A stretch of DNA of 45,449 bases from Rhodospirillales bacterium (GTDB lineage: Bacteria; Pseudomonadota; Alphaproteobacteria; UBA828), in the NCBI GenBank assembly GCA_028818565.1, contig JAPPNV010000029.1:1-45449 (forward strand). Direction: 5' to 3'. Position 1 is the first letter of the stretch; every line of letters begins with the position of its first letter. The notes under the pieces were generated by a model. It had not been told where the DNA came from and searched no databases. It was given only the letters and a program-made list of their open reading frames with translations. The position numbers and the translations under genes were made by a program. This document shows positions 12,570 to 22,390 of this stretch, piece after piece.

Positions 12570-13832
12570 ATGGTGAACGGAATTGAGACGGCGAGCGACT
12601 ACGAGGCCTACCGCAAGCGGGTCTTCGACTTCCTCTGGCGGGAGGTCGAGCCCCGGGCGAGCGAGATGGAGCGCACGGGCAAATTCCCGCAGGACGCGCT
12701 CTTCCCGCAGTTCCGCGACCACGGCCTCTTCGGAGCGGTCATTCCGGAGGAATACGGCGGTATCGCGCTGAGCTGCACCCAGTACCTGCCGCTGCTCGCC
12801 GAGTTCTCGAAGGTCTCGGGCGTTGTCCGGGTGCTGCTGCACGTCCACAACACGAGCGCGCGGGCGATCGTCGCCTACGGCACCGAGGCGCAGAAGAGGG
12901 CGCTGCTGCCGGCGCTCGCGACCGGCAAGCAGTCGCTCACCTTCGCCATCACCGAGCCCAATTCCGGGAGCGGCATGGATGTCGGCACCCATGCCAGGCG
13001 CGAGGGCGACCACTGGATCGTGAACGGCGCGAAGCACTACATCACCAATGCCGACTTCGCGACCGGCCACCTGATCTGCTGCCGCACCGGCGCGCGCGGC
13101 GACCGCCGCGGGCTCACCGCGCTGGTAGTGCCCACCGGCGCACCCGGCTTCACCATCGAGCCCATGCCCGACATGATGGGCAACAATGGACCGCCCCACG
13201 GCATCCTGCGCTTTCAGGACACGCCGGTGCCGGCGGATAGCATGGTGGGTGCCGAGGGCGACGGCCTCGACGTCTTCCTCGGCGAGCTGGAGCCGAGCCG
13301 CGTCTTCGTCGCCGCGAGCTCGCTCGGCACCGCCGAGCGCGCGCTGGAGATCGCCCTCCACTTCGCGGGCGAGCGTATCACCTTCGGCCGGCCCATCGCC
13401 GCGCGGCCGTCGGTGCAATCGGAGCTCGCCGACATGGCTCGCGACGTCTATGCGCTTCGCCTCATCCTGGACGATGTGGCCGCCAAGATCGACCGCGAGG
13501 AGCCGTGCGCGGTGGAGGCCTCCATCGCCAAGCTGTTCGGGCTCGAGACCGTGATGCGGGTGACCGACAAGGCGATGGACGTGGTCGGCGGGCGCGCCTA
13601 CTTCACCGACTACCCCTATCCGCTGGAGCGGCTCTACCGCGAATGCCGGATCAACATGCTGGAGGAAGGCACGCCCTCGATCCAGCGGCTGGTCATCGCG
13701 CGCAGCCTGCTCCGTCAGCCGGTGCCGCTCGATATCGGCACGCTTGGCGCGCCCTATCAGCCGGCGGGCACCGATCCGGCTCTCGGCGACCGGCCGCCGC
13801 ACGACCTCACTTACGCCCACGCGGAGGAATAG
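12570..13832 (+). CDS. Acyl-CoA dehydrogenase family protein
   Basis: [28 protein letters not shown] and [16 protein letters not shown] upstream. Confidence 0.88.
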   Translation: MVNGIETASDYEAYRKRVFDFLWREVEPRASEMERTGKFPQDALFPQFRDHGLFGAVIPEEYGGIALSCTQYLPLLAEFSKVSGVVRVLLHVHNTSARAIVAYGTEAQKRALLPALATGKQSLTFAITEPNSGSGMDVGTHARREGDHWIVNGAKHYITNADFATGHLICCRTGARGDRRGLTALVVPTGAPGFTIEPMPDMMGNNGPPHGILRFQDTPVPADSMVGAEGDGLDVFLGELEPSRVFVAASSLGTAERALEIALHFAGERITFGRPIAARPSVQSELADMARDVYALRLILDDVAAKIDREEPCAVEASIAKLFGLETVMRVTDKAMDVVGGRAYFTDYPYPLERLYRECRINMLEEGTPSIQRLVIARSLLRQPVPLDIGTLGAPYQPAGTDPALGDRPPHDLTYAHAEE

Positions 13833-13856
13833 CGGCGTAACGATGCTCTGCGGGGG

Positions 13857-14480
13857 TCAGAGCGCGGGGCCGTGGTCCGCGATCAGGCGCTCGGCCTCGG
13901 CCAGGTCGTCTTCGCGGTTGGCGTTGAAGAACGGGTCTACCGGAGCACAGGGGAAGGCGACCTCCACCAGTCTGTGACTTGCGGTCCAGCGGTCGATCTT
14001 GCGTTCGCCCTGCTCCACCAGGGCGTCGCGCAAGTCGGCGCGGAGCTCCACCGGCCAGAGCCCGAACACCGGATGCGTCCGCCCGCCCGAGGCGGCGCAG
14101 GCAAGATCGGCGCCCGCAAGGTCGCGGGCCTCCACCATCGCCTCGACCAGATCACGCGGCAGGAACGGCGCATCGGTAGCGAAACTGGCCACCAAGGGGT
14201 GGTGGGGTGCGTGTTCCGCCGCCCAGTCGAGCGCGGTCAGGATACCGGCGAGCGGGCCAGCGAAACCTTCCACCACATCGGCCACCACCGGCAGGCCGTA
14301 TGACGCGAAGCGCGCGGGATCGCCGTTGGCGTTGAGGATCAGCGGGCCAACCTGGGGGGCTGTGCGCGCAATCACCCGCGCGAGCAGAGTCTCGCCGGCA
14401 AGGGGCCTCAGGCACTTGTCGCCGCCCCCCATGCGCCGCGCCAGGCCGCCGGCGAGCAGCACTCCCGCAACTGCCGTCAT
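13857..14480 (-). CDS. mobA: Molybdenum cofactor guanylyltransferase
   Basis: [32 protein letters not shown] and FFNAN. ATG 14480. Confidence 0.93.
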   Translation of the reverse strand: MTAVAGVLLAGGLARRMGGGDKCLRPLAGETLLARVIARTAPQVGPLILNANGDPARFASYGLPVVADVVEGFAGPLAGILTALDWAAEHAPHHPLVASFATDAPFLPRDLVEAMVEARDLAGADLACAASGGRTHPVFGLWPVELRADLRDALVEQGERKIDRWTASHRLVEVAFPCAPVDPFFNANREDDLAEAERLIADHGPAL

Positions 14481-14639
14481 GGGCGGCACACCACCCGCTG
14501 TTGTTGCCCCAAGACTTCTGACATTCGCCGATGGTCGCCGGTTTGCTCGCGCTTGAAAAGCGCTCAGGCTCAATCCATCTCACGCTGTAGGGAGCGCACG
14601 CCTCCATGGCATACTGACGTCCAGATGGGGAGACTGCCG

Positions 14640-14936
14640 ATGCAGACCGACAGCCATATTCTGGACGACGTGGCCCGGGTCGCCACCGGGGCGATGGGGG
14701 CTGCGAGCGGCCTCAAGGGCGAGCTCGATGCCATGGTCAAGCGGCGCCTCGAAGGGATCCTGGCAAGCATGGATCTGGTCCCGCGGGACGAGTTCGACGC
14801 CGTGAAGGAGATGGCGGCGCGCGCCCGAAGTGAGAGCGAGGCGCTGGCCGAGCGCGTCGCCCAGCTCGAAGCGAGGCTCGCGGCGGCCGGAGCCGCGTCG
14901 CAGGCCGGCGCCGGGGAGGCAGACGATGGACGATAA
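14640..14936 (+). CDS. Accessory factor UbiK / BMFP-family coiled-coil protein
   Basis: MQTDSHILDDVARVATGA...MDLVPRDEFDAVKEMAARAR...LEARL; the LVxRxEF motif is typical of the family. Confidence 0.8.
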   Translation: MQTDSHILDDVARVATGAMGAASGLKGELDAMVKRRLEGILASMDLVPRDEFDAVKEMAARARSESEALAERVAQLEARLAAAGAASQAGAGEADDGR

Positions 14937-15228
14937 GACCCAGATCGAGCTGGAGGCCGCCGCCTTTCGCACCCTCGTCGCGCATCTGCGCGAGCGCACG
15001 GACGTGCAGAACATCGAGTTGATGAACCTCGCCGGCTTTTGCCGCAACTGCCTCTCCAAATGGTACCGCGCCGCCGCCGAAGAGAAAGGCCTCGACATGG
15101 ACCTGGAGGAGGCGCGACAGCTGGTCTACGGCATGACCTACGCGGAGTGGAAGGAGCACTTCCAGACCGAGGCGACGCCCGAGCAGAAGGCCAAGTACGC
15201 CGAGGAGGCCGCGAAGCACGGCTTCTGA
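14926..15228 (+). CDS. DUF1244 family protein
   Basis: ELEAAAFRTLVAHLRERTDVQNIELMNLAGFCRNCLSKWY...VYGMTYAEWK. GGAGG SD before ATG 14926. Confidence 0.85.
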   Translation: MDDKTQIELEAAAFRTLVAHLRERTDVQNIELMNLAGFCRNCLSKWYRAAAEEKGLDMDLEEARQLVYGMTYAEWKEHFQTEATPEQKAKYAEEAAKHGF

Positions 15229-15341
15229 TTGGCCCAATCTGTCTTCTCAGTCGCCGGGCGCTCGCTGCGCTCGTCAGTGCCACCGCTGGACGACGCAACC
15301 AATTTCAAATGGGTGTTTGGTCTTGGGGCGATGGCGGCGTA

Positions 15342-15650
15342 TCAACCCGAAGCCTGCATTCGGTCGCTGTCATGCAACGAAGGCAGGCGTGCAATATCCG
15401 CGCCGTGCTTCTGCTCGGCGCGTCTCAACTCGTAGAGCTTTTGCAGGTTGAGCCAGAATTCCCCCGACGTCCCGAAGAAATGCCCCAGCCGCAGTGCCGT
15501 GTCGCCGGTGACGGCGCGGCGGCCGTTGAGGATTTCGGTAATGCGATTCACCGGCACCTCGATCCGCCGCGCGAGTTCCGCGGCGCTCATTTCGAGGGCG
15601 TCGAGATCCTCACGCAGCGTCTCACCCGGATGAATAGCCTCGCGAGACAT
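15342..15650 (-). CDS. higA: HigA family addiction-module antitoxin (HTH)
   Basis: MSREAIHPGETLREDL...RITEILNGRRAVTGDTALRLGHFFGTSGEFWLNLQ. GAAGGAAG before ATG 15650. Confidence 0.92.
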   Translation of the reverse strand: MSREAIHPGETLREDLDALEMSAAELARRIEVPVNRITEILNGRRAVTGDTALRLGHFFGTSGEFWLNLQKLYELRRAEQKHGADIARLPSLHDSDRMQASG

Positions 15651-15664
15651 GTCGTGCTTCCTTC

Positions 15665-15946
15665 TCAATGATAGTCGACGATTTCCACCTTGGCCGGGCC
15701 AGGGCTTCCCTCCGGCCATTCGAAACAGATGCGCCACTGGTCGTTTATCCTGATACTCCACTGCCCCTTGCGACGGCCCCTCAGGGCTTCAAGCCGGTTG
15801 CCGGGGCGCATAAGGTCACGCAGTCCCGTGGCCGCGTCGAGCTGGTCCAGCTTGCGCGACGCGGTGCGAGCGAATCCAGAAAAGGCTGGCACCCTGCGGC
15901 CACGATAGAAGTCCTCCGTTCTCTTGTTCGCAAAACCGACTATCAA
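15665..15946 (-). CDS. higB: HigB (RelE/ParE superfamily) toxin
   Basis: PGNRLEALRGRRKGQWSIRINDQWRICFEW...VEIVDYH; toxin-before-antitoxin order; TTG start. Confidence 0.92.
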   Translation of the reverse strand: MIVGFANKRTEDFYRGRRVPAFSGFARTASRKLDQLDAATGLRDLMRPGNRLEALRGRRKGQWSIRINDQWRICFEWPEGSPGPAKVEIVDYH

Positions 15947-15978
15947 CGTGCTTTTGTACGTCCGTGGCCACCGTTTTC

Positions 15979-16016
15979 AGCGTAAGGAGAAAATCCGCGT
16001 TACGTCAAGCATAATG
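15979..16016 (-). promoter_or_regulatory. Putative higBA promoter with overlapping imperfect palindrome (candidate HigA operator)
   Basis: Minus strand TTGACG (16008-16003), 18-nt spacer, TACGCT (15984-15979). CGTTACG-N5-CATAATG (15998-16016) overlaps the -35. Confidence 0.55.
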
Positions 16017-16184
16017 CCGGCGCCGAGCCTTCAGGCACTTTTCATCTGCTCGGCCGGCGGTTTGGCCCTATTCAGATCTAATGCCCGGTGGCTGCCGGTT
16101 GCGGTTGTACGTCCGGCGCCTGTAGTAAGAACGCCAACGAGGGCATGACGCCCCGCACAACTTCCTTCGAGAGCGAGGCCGTCG

Positions 16185-17273
16185 ATGACGAAACCGGTCG
16201 GCATCGGGTTCCTGGGTTCGCAGTTCGTGAGCGGAATTCACGCCCGCGCGCTGGTGCGCAACCCCCATGCGACACTCATCGGCGTGGCGTCGCCCACACC
16301 CGGCAATGCCGGGACCTTCGCCCAGACTTATGGCCTGCCCCACCACTGGACCGACCACCGCCCGCTGCTCGCGCGCGACGATATCGACATGGTGGTCATC
16401 GGCACGCCCAACGACACCCATTGCCCGCTGGTGCTGGACTGCGCGGCTGCCGGCAAGCACGTCGTGCTGGAGAAGCCGATGTGCCTGAGCATGGCCGAGG
16501 CCGACAGCATGATCGCCGCCTGCGCCGATGCCGGCGTGCTCTTCATGTATGCGGAAGAGCTGTGCTTCGCGCCCAAGTACATGCGCTTGAAGTCTCTACT
16601 CGACGCCGGTGCGCTCGGCCGCCCCACTCTCGTCAAGCAGTCCGAGAAGCATGACGGCCCTCACGCGCCCCACTTCTGGGATGTCGAGCGCGCAGGCGGC
16701 GGCGTGCTGGCGGACATGGGCTGCCACGGCATCGCCTTCGCCCGCTGGATGCTGGATCGCGCGCCGATCGTCTCGGTCTACGCCCAGCTTTCGACGCAGG
16801 TGCACGGCGACAAGACCAGGGGCGAGGACAACGCGCTGCTTATCCTGGAGTTCGAAGGCGGCTGCTTCTTCCTCAACGAGACCAGCTGGACCAAGCTCGG
16901 CGGCATGGACGACCGGGCCGAGGTGCACGGCTCCGAAGGAGTGGCTTACGCCGACCTGCTCCACGGCAACTCTATCGAGACCTACAGCAGCGGAGGCTAC
17001 GACTACGCGGTGGAGAAGGCGGGCGGCACCCAGGGCTGGAGCTTCACCATCTACGAGGAGGAGTGGAACTACGGCTTCTGGGGCGAGTTCGACCACTTCG
17101 TGGATTGCGTGCAGAACGGTACGGCGCCGCTAGTGACCGGGGAGGACGCGCGCGCGGTGCAGGAGGTGCTGTTCGCGGCTTACGAGTCCGCGCGCACCGG
17201 CGCCAGGGTCGCGCTGCCGTTCAGGTCCAGCGCGGCCAAGCCCTGGGATCTGTGGCAGGGCGGCGCGGGCTAA
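16185..17273 (+). CDS. Gfo/Idh/MocA family NAD(P)-dependent oxidoreductase
   Basis: GTPNDTH, GKHVVLEKP, GGGVLADMGCH. Confidence 0.9.
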   Translation: MTKPVGIGFLGSQFVSGIHARALVRNPHATLIGVASPTPGNAGTFAQTYGLPHHWTDHRPLLARDDIDMVVIGTPNDTHCPLVLDCAAAGKHVVLEKPMCLSMAEADSMIAACADAGVLFMYAEELCFAPKYMRLKSLLDAGALGRPTLVKQSEKHDGPHAPHFWDVERAGGGVLADMGCHGIAFARWMLDRAPIVSVYAQLSTQVHGDKTRGEDNALLILEFEGGCFFLNETSWTKLGGMDDRAEVHGSEGVAYADLLHGNSIETYSSGGYDYAVEKAGGTQGWSFTIYEEEWNYGFWGEFDHFVDCVQNGTAPLVTGEDARAVQEVLFAAYESARTGARVALPFRSSAAKPWDLWQGGAG

Positions 17274-17277
17274 ACCG

Positions 17278-18006
17278 GTGCGCGTTACTGTCCTGCCGGA
17301 CCGGGAGGCGCTGGATCGGGAAGCGGCGGCGCTCATTTGGGAGGCGGCGGAGGCCAAGCCTGACCTCTTGATCTGTCTCGCGAGCGGGGGGACGCCGACC
17401 GGCACCTACGCGTTGCTGACCGCTGCGCCCGAGCGGCTCGGGAGAGCGCGCTTCATCCAGCTCGACGAGTGGGCGGGCCTCGGCCCGGAAGATCCCGCGA
17501 GCTGCGCCAACTACCTGGAGCGCACGGTGCGCGGTCCCCTCGCAGTGTCACCAGAGCGCTGGACCGGATTTTGCGGCGATGCGCCCGGTGCAGCCGCCGA
17601 GTGTCAGCGGGTGGCAGCAGCGCTGGAGGATGCGGGGCCCATCGACCTCTGCATTCTGGGGCTCGGGCTGAACGGTCATCTGGCGCTGAATGAACCGGCC
17701 GAATGCTTCGATCCCTTCTGCCACGTCGCCACGCTTGCGGCGCAGTCTCGCACCCATCCGATGCTGGTCGAGACCGCCGCTCCGGTCCGCCAAGGGCTGA
17801 CGCTCGGTCTGGGCGACATCCTGCGCTCCCGCCGCATCCTGCTGATGGTATCCGGCGGCGCCAAGAGGGCACCCCTCGCGCAGCTTGCGGCCCGGCGTGT
17901 CACGCCGACGCTGCCCGCGTCGTTCCTGTGGCTCCACGGAGACGCCCACTGCCTCTGCGACCGGGAAGCGGCGAAGGACACCGGCCTCGAGGGTGCGGGC
18001 CAATGA
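17278..18006 (+). CDS. Glucosamine/galactosamine-6-phosphate deaminase-isomerase (NagB/AgaI family)
   Basis: LASGGTP, QLDEW, LGLGLNGHLALNEP and PASFLWLH. GTG start. Confidence 0.85.
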   Translation: MRVTVLPDREALDREAAALIWEAAEAKPDLLICLASGGTPTGTYALLTAAPERLGRARFIQLDEWAGLGPEDPASCANYLERTVRGPLAVSPERWTGFCGDAPGAAAECQRVAAALEDAGPIDLCILGLGLNGHLALNEPAECFDPFCHVATLAAQSRTHPMLVETAAPVRQGLTLGLGDILRSRRILLMVSGGAKRAPLAQLAARRVTPTLPASFLWLHGDAHCLCDREAAKDTGLEGAGQ

Positions 18007-18914
18007 GCCGCTACGCCCTCGGCGTCGACATCGGTGGCACCAAGATCGCCGTCGGCGCGGTCGATGGAACAGGCGCGGTGCATGCGCGGCGGACCATTGC
18101 GACCGACGCCGAGGCGGGCTTCGAGGCAGGGCTTGAGCGGCTCACCCGGGCCATCGACGAGACCCTGGCCGAGGCGAGCATCGATGTTGCTACGCTTGCA
18201 GGCATCGGCCTCGGCTGTCCCGGCCCCTTCGACGAAGCGAGCGGACGGATTGAGAATTTCTACACCCTCCCGGGTTGGGAGGGGAACGACATCGTGAGCC
18301 CGCTCGTCGCCTGCTTCGACACGCCGGTGCAGCTCATCAACGACGCGGATGCGGCGCTGCTGGGCGAGGCGCTGGCCGGCGCGGCCCAAGGCGCCCGCGT
18401 CGCGCTGATGCTGACCATCGGCACCGGCATCGGCGGCGCGGCGCTGATCGACGGCGCGATCCTCAGGGGTGCGGCGCGCGAGCATCCTGAGATCGGCCAT
18501 CTGATCGTCGACCCGACCGGGCCGGAGTGTTACTGCGGCAACCGAGGCTGCCTCGAATCCCTCGCCGCAGGGCCCGCGCTCGCGCGCGCGGGCGCGGAGT
18601 TCGGCTACGCGGATGCCGAGGCCGTCTTCGCCGCCGCCGAAGCCGGGGCGGACTCCGCCAAGGCGATCATCGTCCGCAGCACGGACGCGATGGAGACGGC
18701 GGCCTGGAGCCTTGTGCATACCCTCCTGCCCGAGGTGCTCCTCATCGGGGGTGGCATCGGCGAGCGCCACTTCGCGCTCTATCGCGAGGCTGCCGAGCGT
18801 GCCATCGCGCGCGCCGTGCTCCCTCCCGCCGGCGCGATCCGCGTGGTCAAGGCTGCGCTCGGCAACGATGCGGGCATGGTGGGCGCCGCGGCGTTGATGC
18901 TCGACGATGCCTGA
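18003..18914 (+). CDS. ROK family sugar kinase
   Basis: GVDIGGTK, NDADAA, GTGIGG and Zn motif EIGH...CYCGNRGCLE; no N-terminal HTH. ATG 18003 overlaps the previous TGA. Confidence 0.9.
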   Translation: MSRYALGVDIGGTKIAVGAVDGTGAVHARRTIATDAEAGFEAGLERLTRAIDETLAEASIDVATLAGIGLGCPGPFDEASGRIENFYTLPGWEGNDIVSPLVACFDTPVQLINDADAALLGEALAGAAQGARVALMLTIGTGIGGAALIDGAILRGAAREHPEIGHLIVDPTGPECYCGNRGCLESLAAGPALARAGAEFGYADAEAVFAAAEAGADSAKAIIVRSTDAMETAAWSLVHTLLPEVLLIGGGIGERHFALYREAAERAIARAVLPPAGAIRVVKAALGNDAGMVGAAALMLDDA

Positions 18915-18983
18915 TCTCCATCGGGTTCAGGACTGGGTCGATCCCAGCTTGACACCGGCGCTGCGGACTACGCATCTCGGCTG

Positions 18984-20630
18984 ATGAGCAACTCTTCGGT
19001 TCGAAAAGTGAGCGGAAGCGGTCGGCGCTCCGCTGTTGCGCCCGACTTCGATGCGATCGTGGTTGGAGCGGGCTTTGCCGGGCTCTACATGCTCCATCGG
19101 TTGCGCTCGATGGGGCTCTCGGTGCGCGTCTTGGAGCAGGGCGGCGGGGTCGGCGGCACTTGGTACTGGAACCGTTACCCTGGCGCCCGCTGCGATCTCG
19201 ACAGCGTCGAGTATTCGTACCAATTCTCCGATGCGCTTCAGCAGGAGTGGCGGTGGAGCGAGCGCTTCGCCGCCCAGCCGGAGATTCTGCGCTACCTGGA
19301 GCATGTGATGGACCGGTTCGACCTCCGCCGGGACATCCGCTTCGGCACGACTGTCACCGAGGCGGCCTTCGACGAGGCGGCGGGGTGCTGGCGCATCGCC
19401 ACCGGTGACGGCACGCGGCTCAGTGCCACCTACTGCATCATGGCGACCGGGTGCCTCTCAGTCCCCAATCGGCCGGCTTTCGATGGTTTGGACCGATTCG
19501 CCGGCGAGTGGTACCACACCGGCGCCTGGCCTCATGACGTAGTTTCTTTCACCGGCAAGCGTGTCGGCATCGTCGGTACCGGCTCATCGGCAGTTCAGGC
19601 GATTCCCGTGATTGCGGCTGCGGCACGCCACCTCACCGTCTTTCAGCGCCAGGCGAGCTACAGCATCCCGGCTCGCAATGCGCCCCTGGGCGAGGCGGAA
19701 TACGCCGCCATCAGGGAACGATACGGGGAGCTGCGCCGCCAGGCGCGAAATACGCCGAGCGGATGCTGGTGGTCGGCGAACCTTGTCGCTGCCGCGGAGA
19801 TGAGCGCCGAGGAGCGCGAGCGGGAGCTTGAGGCCCGATGGCGGACGGGCGGCCTCTGCTTCTACGGCGTCTTCAAGGACGTTCTGGTCAATACCGAGGC
19901 GAACGATATCGCCGCCGAGTTCCTCCGCGGCAAGATCCGCGCGCAGGTCCGCGTTCCCGAGGTAGCCGCCCTGCTGACCCCTCGCTCCGTCGTCGGCTGC
20001 AAGCGCATCTGCCTCGACACCGACTATTTCGCGACCTTCAACCGGCCCAATGTCACGCTGGTCGATGTCAGTGCGGCGTCGATCGAGGAGATCACGCACA
20101 CCGGCCTGCGCACCGGCGGCGACCATTACGAGCTCGACACGATCGTCTTCGCCATCGGCTTCGACGCGATGACCGGGCCGCTGCTGCGCATCGACATTCG
20201 CGGTAGAGGCGGGCAGTCACTGAAGGCGAAGTGGGCCGACGGACCGCGCACCTACCTCGGTCTTGCGATCGAGGGGTTCCCCAACCTTTTCACGATCACG
20301 GGGCCGACCAGCCCTTCGGTGCTCGCCAGCATGGTTCCCGCCATCGAGCAGCACGTGGAGTGGATCGCCGACTGCATCGCATATGCACGTGCACACGCCC
20401 GTCCGCGCATCGAGGCGACAGGCGAGGCAGAAGCCGAGTGGATTGCCCATCACGACGAGGAGGCGGGCCACACGCTCTTCCCCGCCTGCAATTCCTGGTA
20501 CGTCGGCGCCAATGTCGACGGCAAGCCGCGCCAGGTGATGCCCTACACGGCCGGGTTCTCGGCTTACGTCGAGAAGTGCGATGCGGTTGCCGCCAACGAA
20601 TACGAGGGATTCTCGCTGAGCGCCGCGTGA
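18984..20630 (+). CDS. Type I Baeyer-Villiger monooxygenase (CHMO/PAMO/steroid monooxygenase-like), copy 1
   Basis: GAGFAG, GGTWYWNRYPGARCD, fingerprint FAGEWYHTGAWP, GTGSSA and catalytic KR (CKRICLD). Confidence 0.93.
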   Translation: MSNSSVRKVSGSGRRSAVAPDFDAIVVGAGFAGLYMLHRLRSMGLSVRVLEQGGGVGGTWYWNRYPGARCDLDSVEYSYQFSDALQQEWRWSERFAAQPEILRYLEHVMDRFDLRRDIRFGTTVTEAAFDEAAGCWRIATGDGTRLSATYCIMATGCLSVPNRPAFDGLDRFAGEWYHTGAWPHDVVSFTGKRVGIVGTGSSAVQAIPVIAAAARHLTVFQRQASYSIPARNAPLGEAEYAAIRERYGELRRQARNTPSGCWWSANLVAAAEMSAEERERELEARWRTGGLCFYGVFKDVLVNTEANDIAAEFLRGKIRAQVRVPEVAALLTPRSVVGCKRICLDTDYFATFNRPNVTLVDVSAASIEEITHTGLRTGGDHYELDTIVFAIGFDAMTGPLLRIDIRGRGGQSLKAKWADGPRTYLGLAIEGFPNLFTITGPTSPSVLASMVPAIEQHVEWIADCIAYARAHARPRIEATGEAEAEWIAHHDEEAGHTLFPACNSWYVGANVDGKPRQVMPYTAGFSAYVEKCDAVAANEYEGFSLSAA

Positions 20631-20687
20631 GCTGCGCTCCTTCCCGGCGGCGGGGCCTGATGGCCGGGTGCGAAGCAAGGACGATTC

Positions 20688-20707
20688 GCGCTAAACTCCG
20701 TTAGCGC
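20688..20707. promoter_or_regulatory. Inverted repeat upstream of BVMO copy 2 (candidate operator)
   Basis: GCGCTAA-actccg-TTAGCGC ends 19 nt before ATG 20727 and contains a TAAACT -10-like hexamer. Confidence 0.4.
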
Positions 20708-20726
20708 AGGCAAGCGGCCACGGGCC

Positions 20727-22373
20727 ATGAGCACCTCTGCGACAGGGAGCAAGACCGGGAACGGCGGGCGCGGCGCGACAGCGCCGGACCTGGATGCGGT
20801 TGTCGTAGGCGCCGGATTTGCAGGCCTCTACATGCTCTACCGGCTGCGCGGAATGGGGCTTTCGGTCCGCGTCTTCGAAAAGGGCAGCGGGGTCGGTGGC
20901 ACCTGGTACTGGAACCGCTATCCCGGCGCCCGCTGCGACACCGACAGCGTCGAGTATTCGTACCAGTTCTCCGACGCGCTCCAGCAGGAGTGGCGCTGGA
21001 CCGAGCGCTTCGCCACGCAGCCGGAGATCCTGCGCTATCTGGAGCATGTCGCGGACCGGTTCGATCTTCGCCGCGACATCCGGTTCGAGACCGCCGTCAC
21101 CGAGGCGGCTTACGACGAAGCGGCGGGATGCTGGCGGATTGCCACCGACGACGGCACCCGGCTCTCTGCCACCTATTGCGTCATGGCCACGGGGTGCCTC
21201 TCGGCGGTCAACCGCCCCGAGTTCGACGGTTTGGAGCGTTTCGAGGGCGAGTGGTACCACACCGGCGCCTGGCCTCACGAGGCGGTCTCTTTCTCCGGCA
21301 AGCGCGTCGGCGTCGTCGGCACCGGCTCCTCCGCGATCCAGTCGATTCCGGTGATCGCGGCGGAGGCCAGCCACCTCACCGTCTTCCAGCGTCAGGCGAA
21401 CTACACCATCCCCGCCCGCAATGCGCCGCTTGACCCGGTGGAATACGCCGAAATCAGGGAGAATTACGGGGAGCTGCGGAAAGAGGCGAAGAAGACCCCG
21501 ACAGGCTGCTGGTGGACCGTGAATCCGGCCACCGCCGACGAGATGAGCGCCCGCGAGCGTCGGCGCGAGCTGGAAGCCCGGTGGGCAAAGGGCGGGCTCT
21601 GCATGTACAGCGTCTTCGCGGACGTGCTGATGGACGACGAGGCCAACGGAATCGCAGCGGCCTTCGTCCGCGAGAAGATCCGCGAGTTGGTACACGACCC
21701 CGAGGTGGCGGCGCTGCTCTCGCCGCACTCCCTCATCGGATGCAAGCGAATCTGCCTCGATACCGACTACTACGCGACCTTCAACCGGCCCAATGTGACA
21801 CTGGTCGATGTCAGCGGCGCACCGGTCGAGGAGATCACGCGGACCGGCCTTCGCACCGGCGGCGAGGATTACGAGCTGGATACAATCGTCTTCGCCATCG
21901 GCTTCGACGCGATGACCGGGCCGCTGCTGCGGATCGACGTCCGCGGCAGGGGCGGGCGGACGCTGAAGTCAAAGTGGGCCGATGGCCCGCGCGCCTATCT
22001 CGGGCTTGCGATCGAGGGATTCCCAAACCTGTTCACGATCACGGGGCCTGTCAGCCCCTCGGTCCTGACCAACATGGTCCCCGCCATCGAGCAGCACGTC
22101 GAGTGGATCGCCGACTTCATCGCTCACGCGCGCGCCTGCGGGCGGCCTCATATCGAGGCGAGCCTGGCGGCGGAGGACGCGTGGCTCGCCCATCACGACG
22201 AGGTCGCGAACGGCACGGTCTTCCCCGGCTGCAACTCCTGGTACGTCGGCGCCAATGTCGCCGGCAAGCCGCGCCGTGTGATGCCCTACACTGGCGGCTT
22301 CCCCGCCTACATCGAGAGGTGCGAGGAAGTGGTCGCCAACGGCTATGAGGGGTTCACGCTGACCGCTGCGTGA
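20727..22373 (+). CDS. Type I Baeyer-Villiger monooxygenase, copy 2 (tandem paralog)
   Basis: Same motifs as copy 1 (FEGEWYHTGAWP) and the same 548-aa length. Confidence 0.93.
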   Translation: MSTSATGSKTGNGGRGATAPDLDAVVVGAGFAGLYMLYRLRGMGLSVRVFEKGSGVGGTWYWNRYPGARCDTDSVEYSYQFSDALQQEWRWTERFATQPEILRYLEHVADRFDLRRDIRFETAVTEAAYDEAAGCWRIATDDGTRLSATYCVMATGCLSAVNRPEFDGLERFEGEWYHTGAWPHEAVSFSGKRVGVVGTGSSAIQSIPVIAAEASHLTVFQRQANYTIPARNAPLDPVEYAEIRENYGELRKEAKKTPTGCWWTVNPATADEMSARERRRELEARWAKGGLCMYSVFADVLMDDEANGIAAAFVREKIRELVHDPEVAALLSPHSLIGCKRICLDTDYYATFNRPNVTLVDVSGAPVEEITRTGLRTGGEDYELDTIVFAIGFDAMTGPLLRIDVRGRGGRTLKSKWADGPRAYLGLAIEGFPNLFTITGPVSPSVLTNMVPAIEQHVEWIADFIAHARACGRPHIEASLAAEDAWLAHHDEVANGTVFPGCNSWYVGANVAGKPRRVMPYTGGFPAYIERCEEVVANGYEGFTLTAA

Positions 22374-22390
22374 GTAACCGCAGCAAACTC

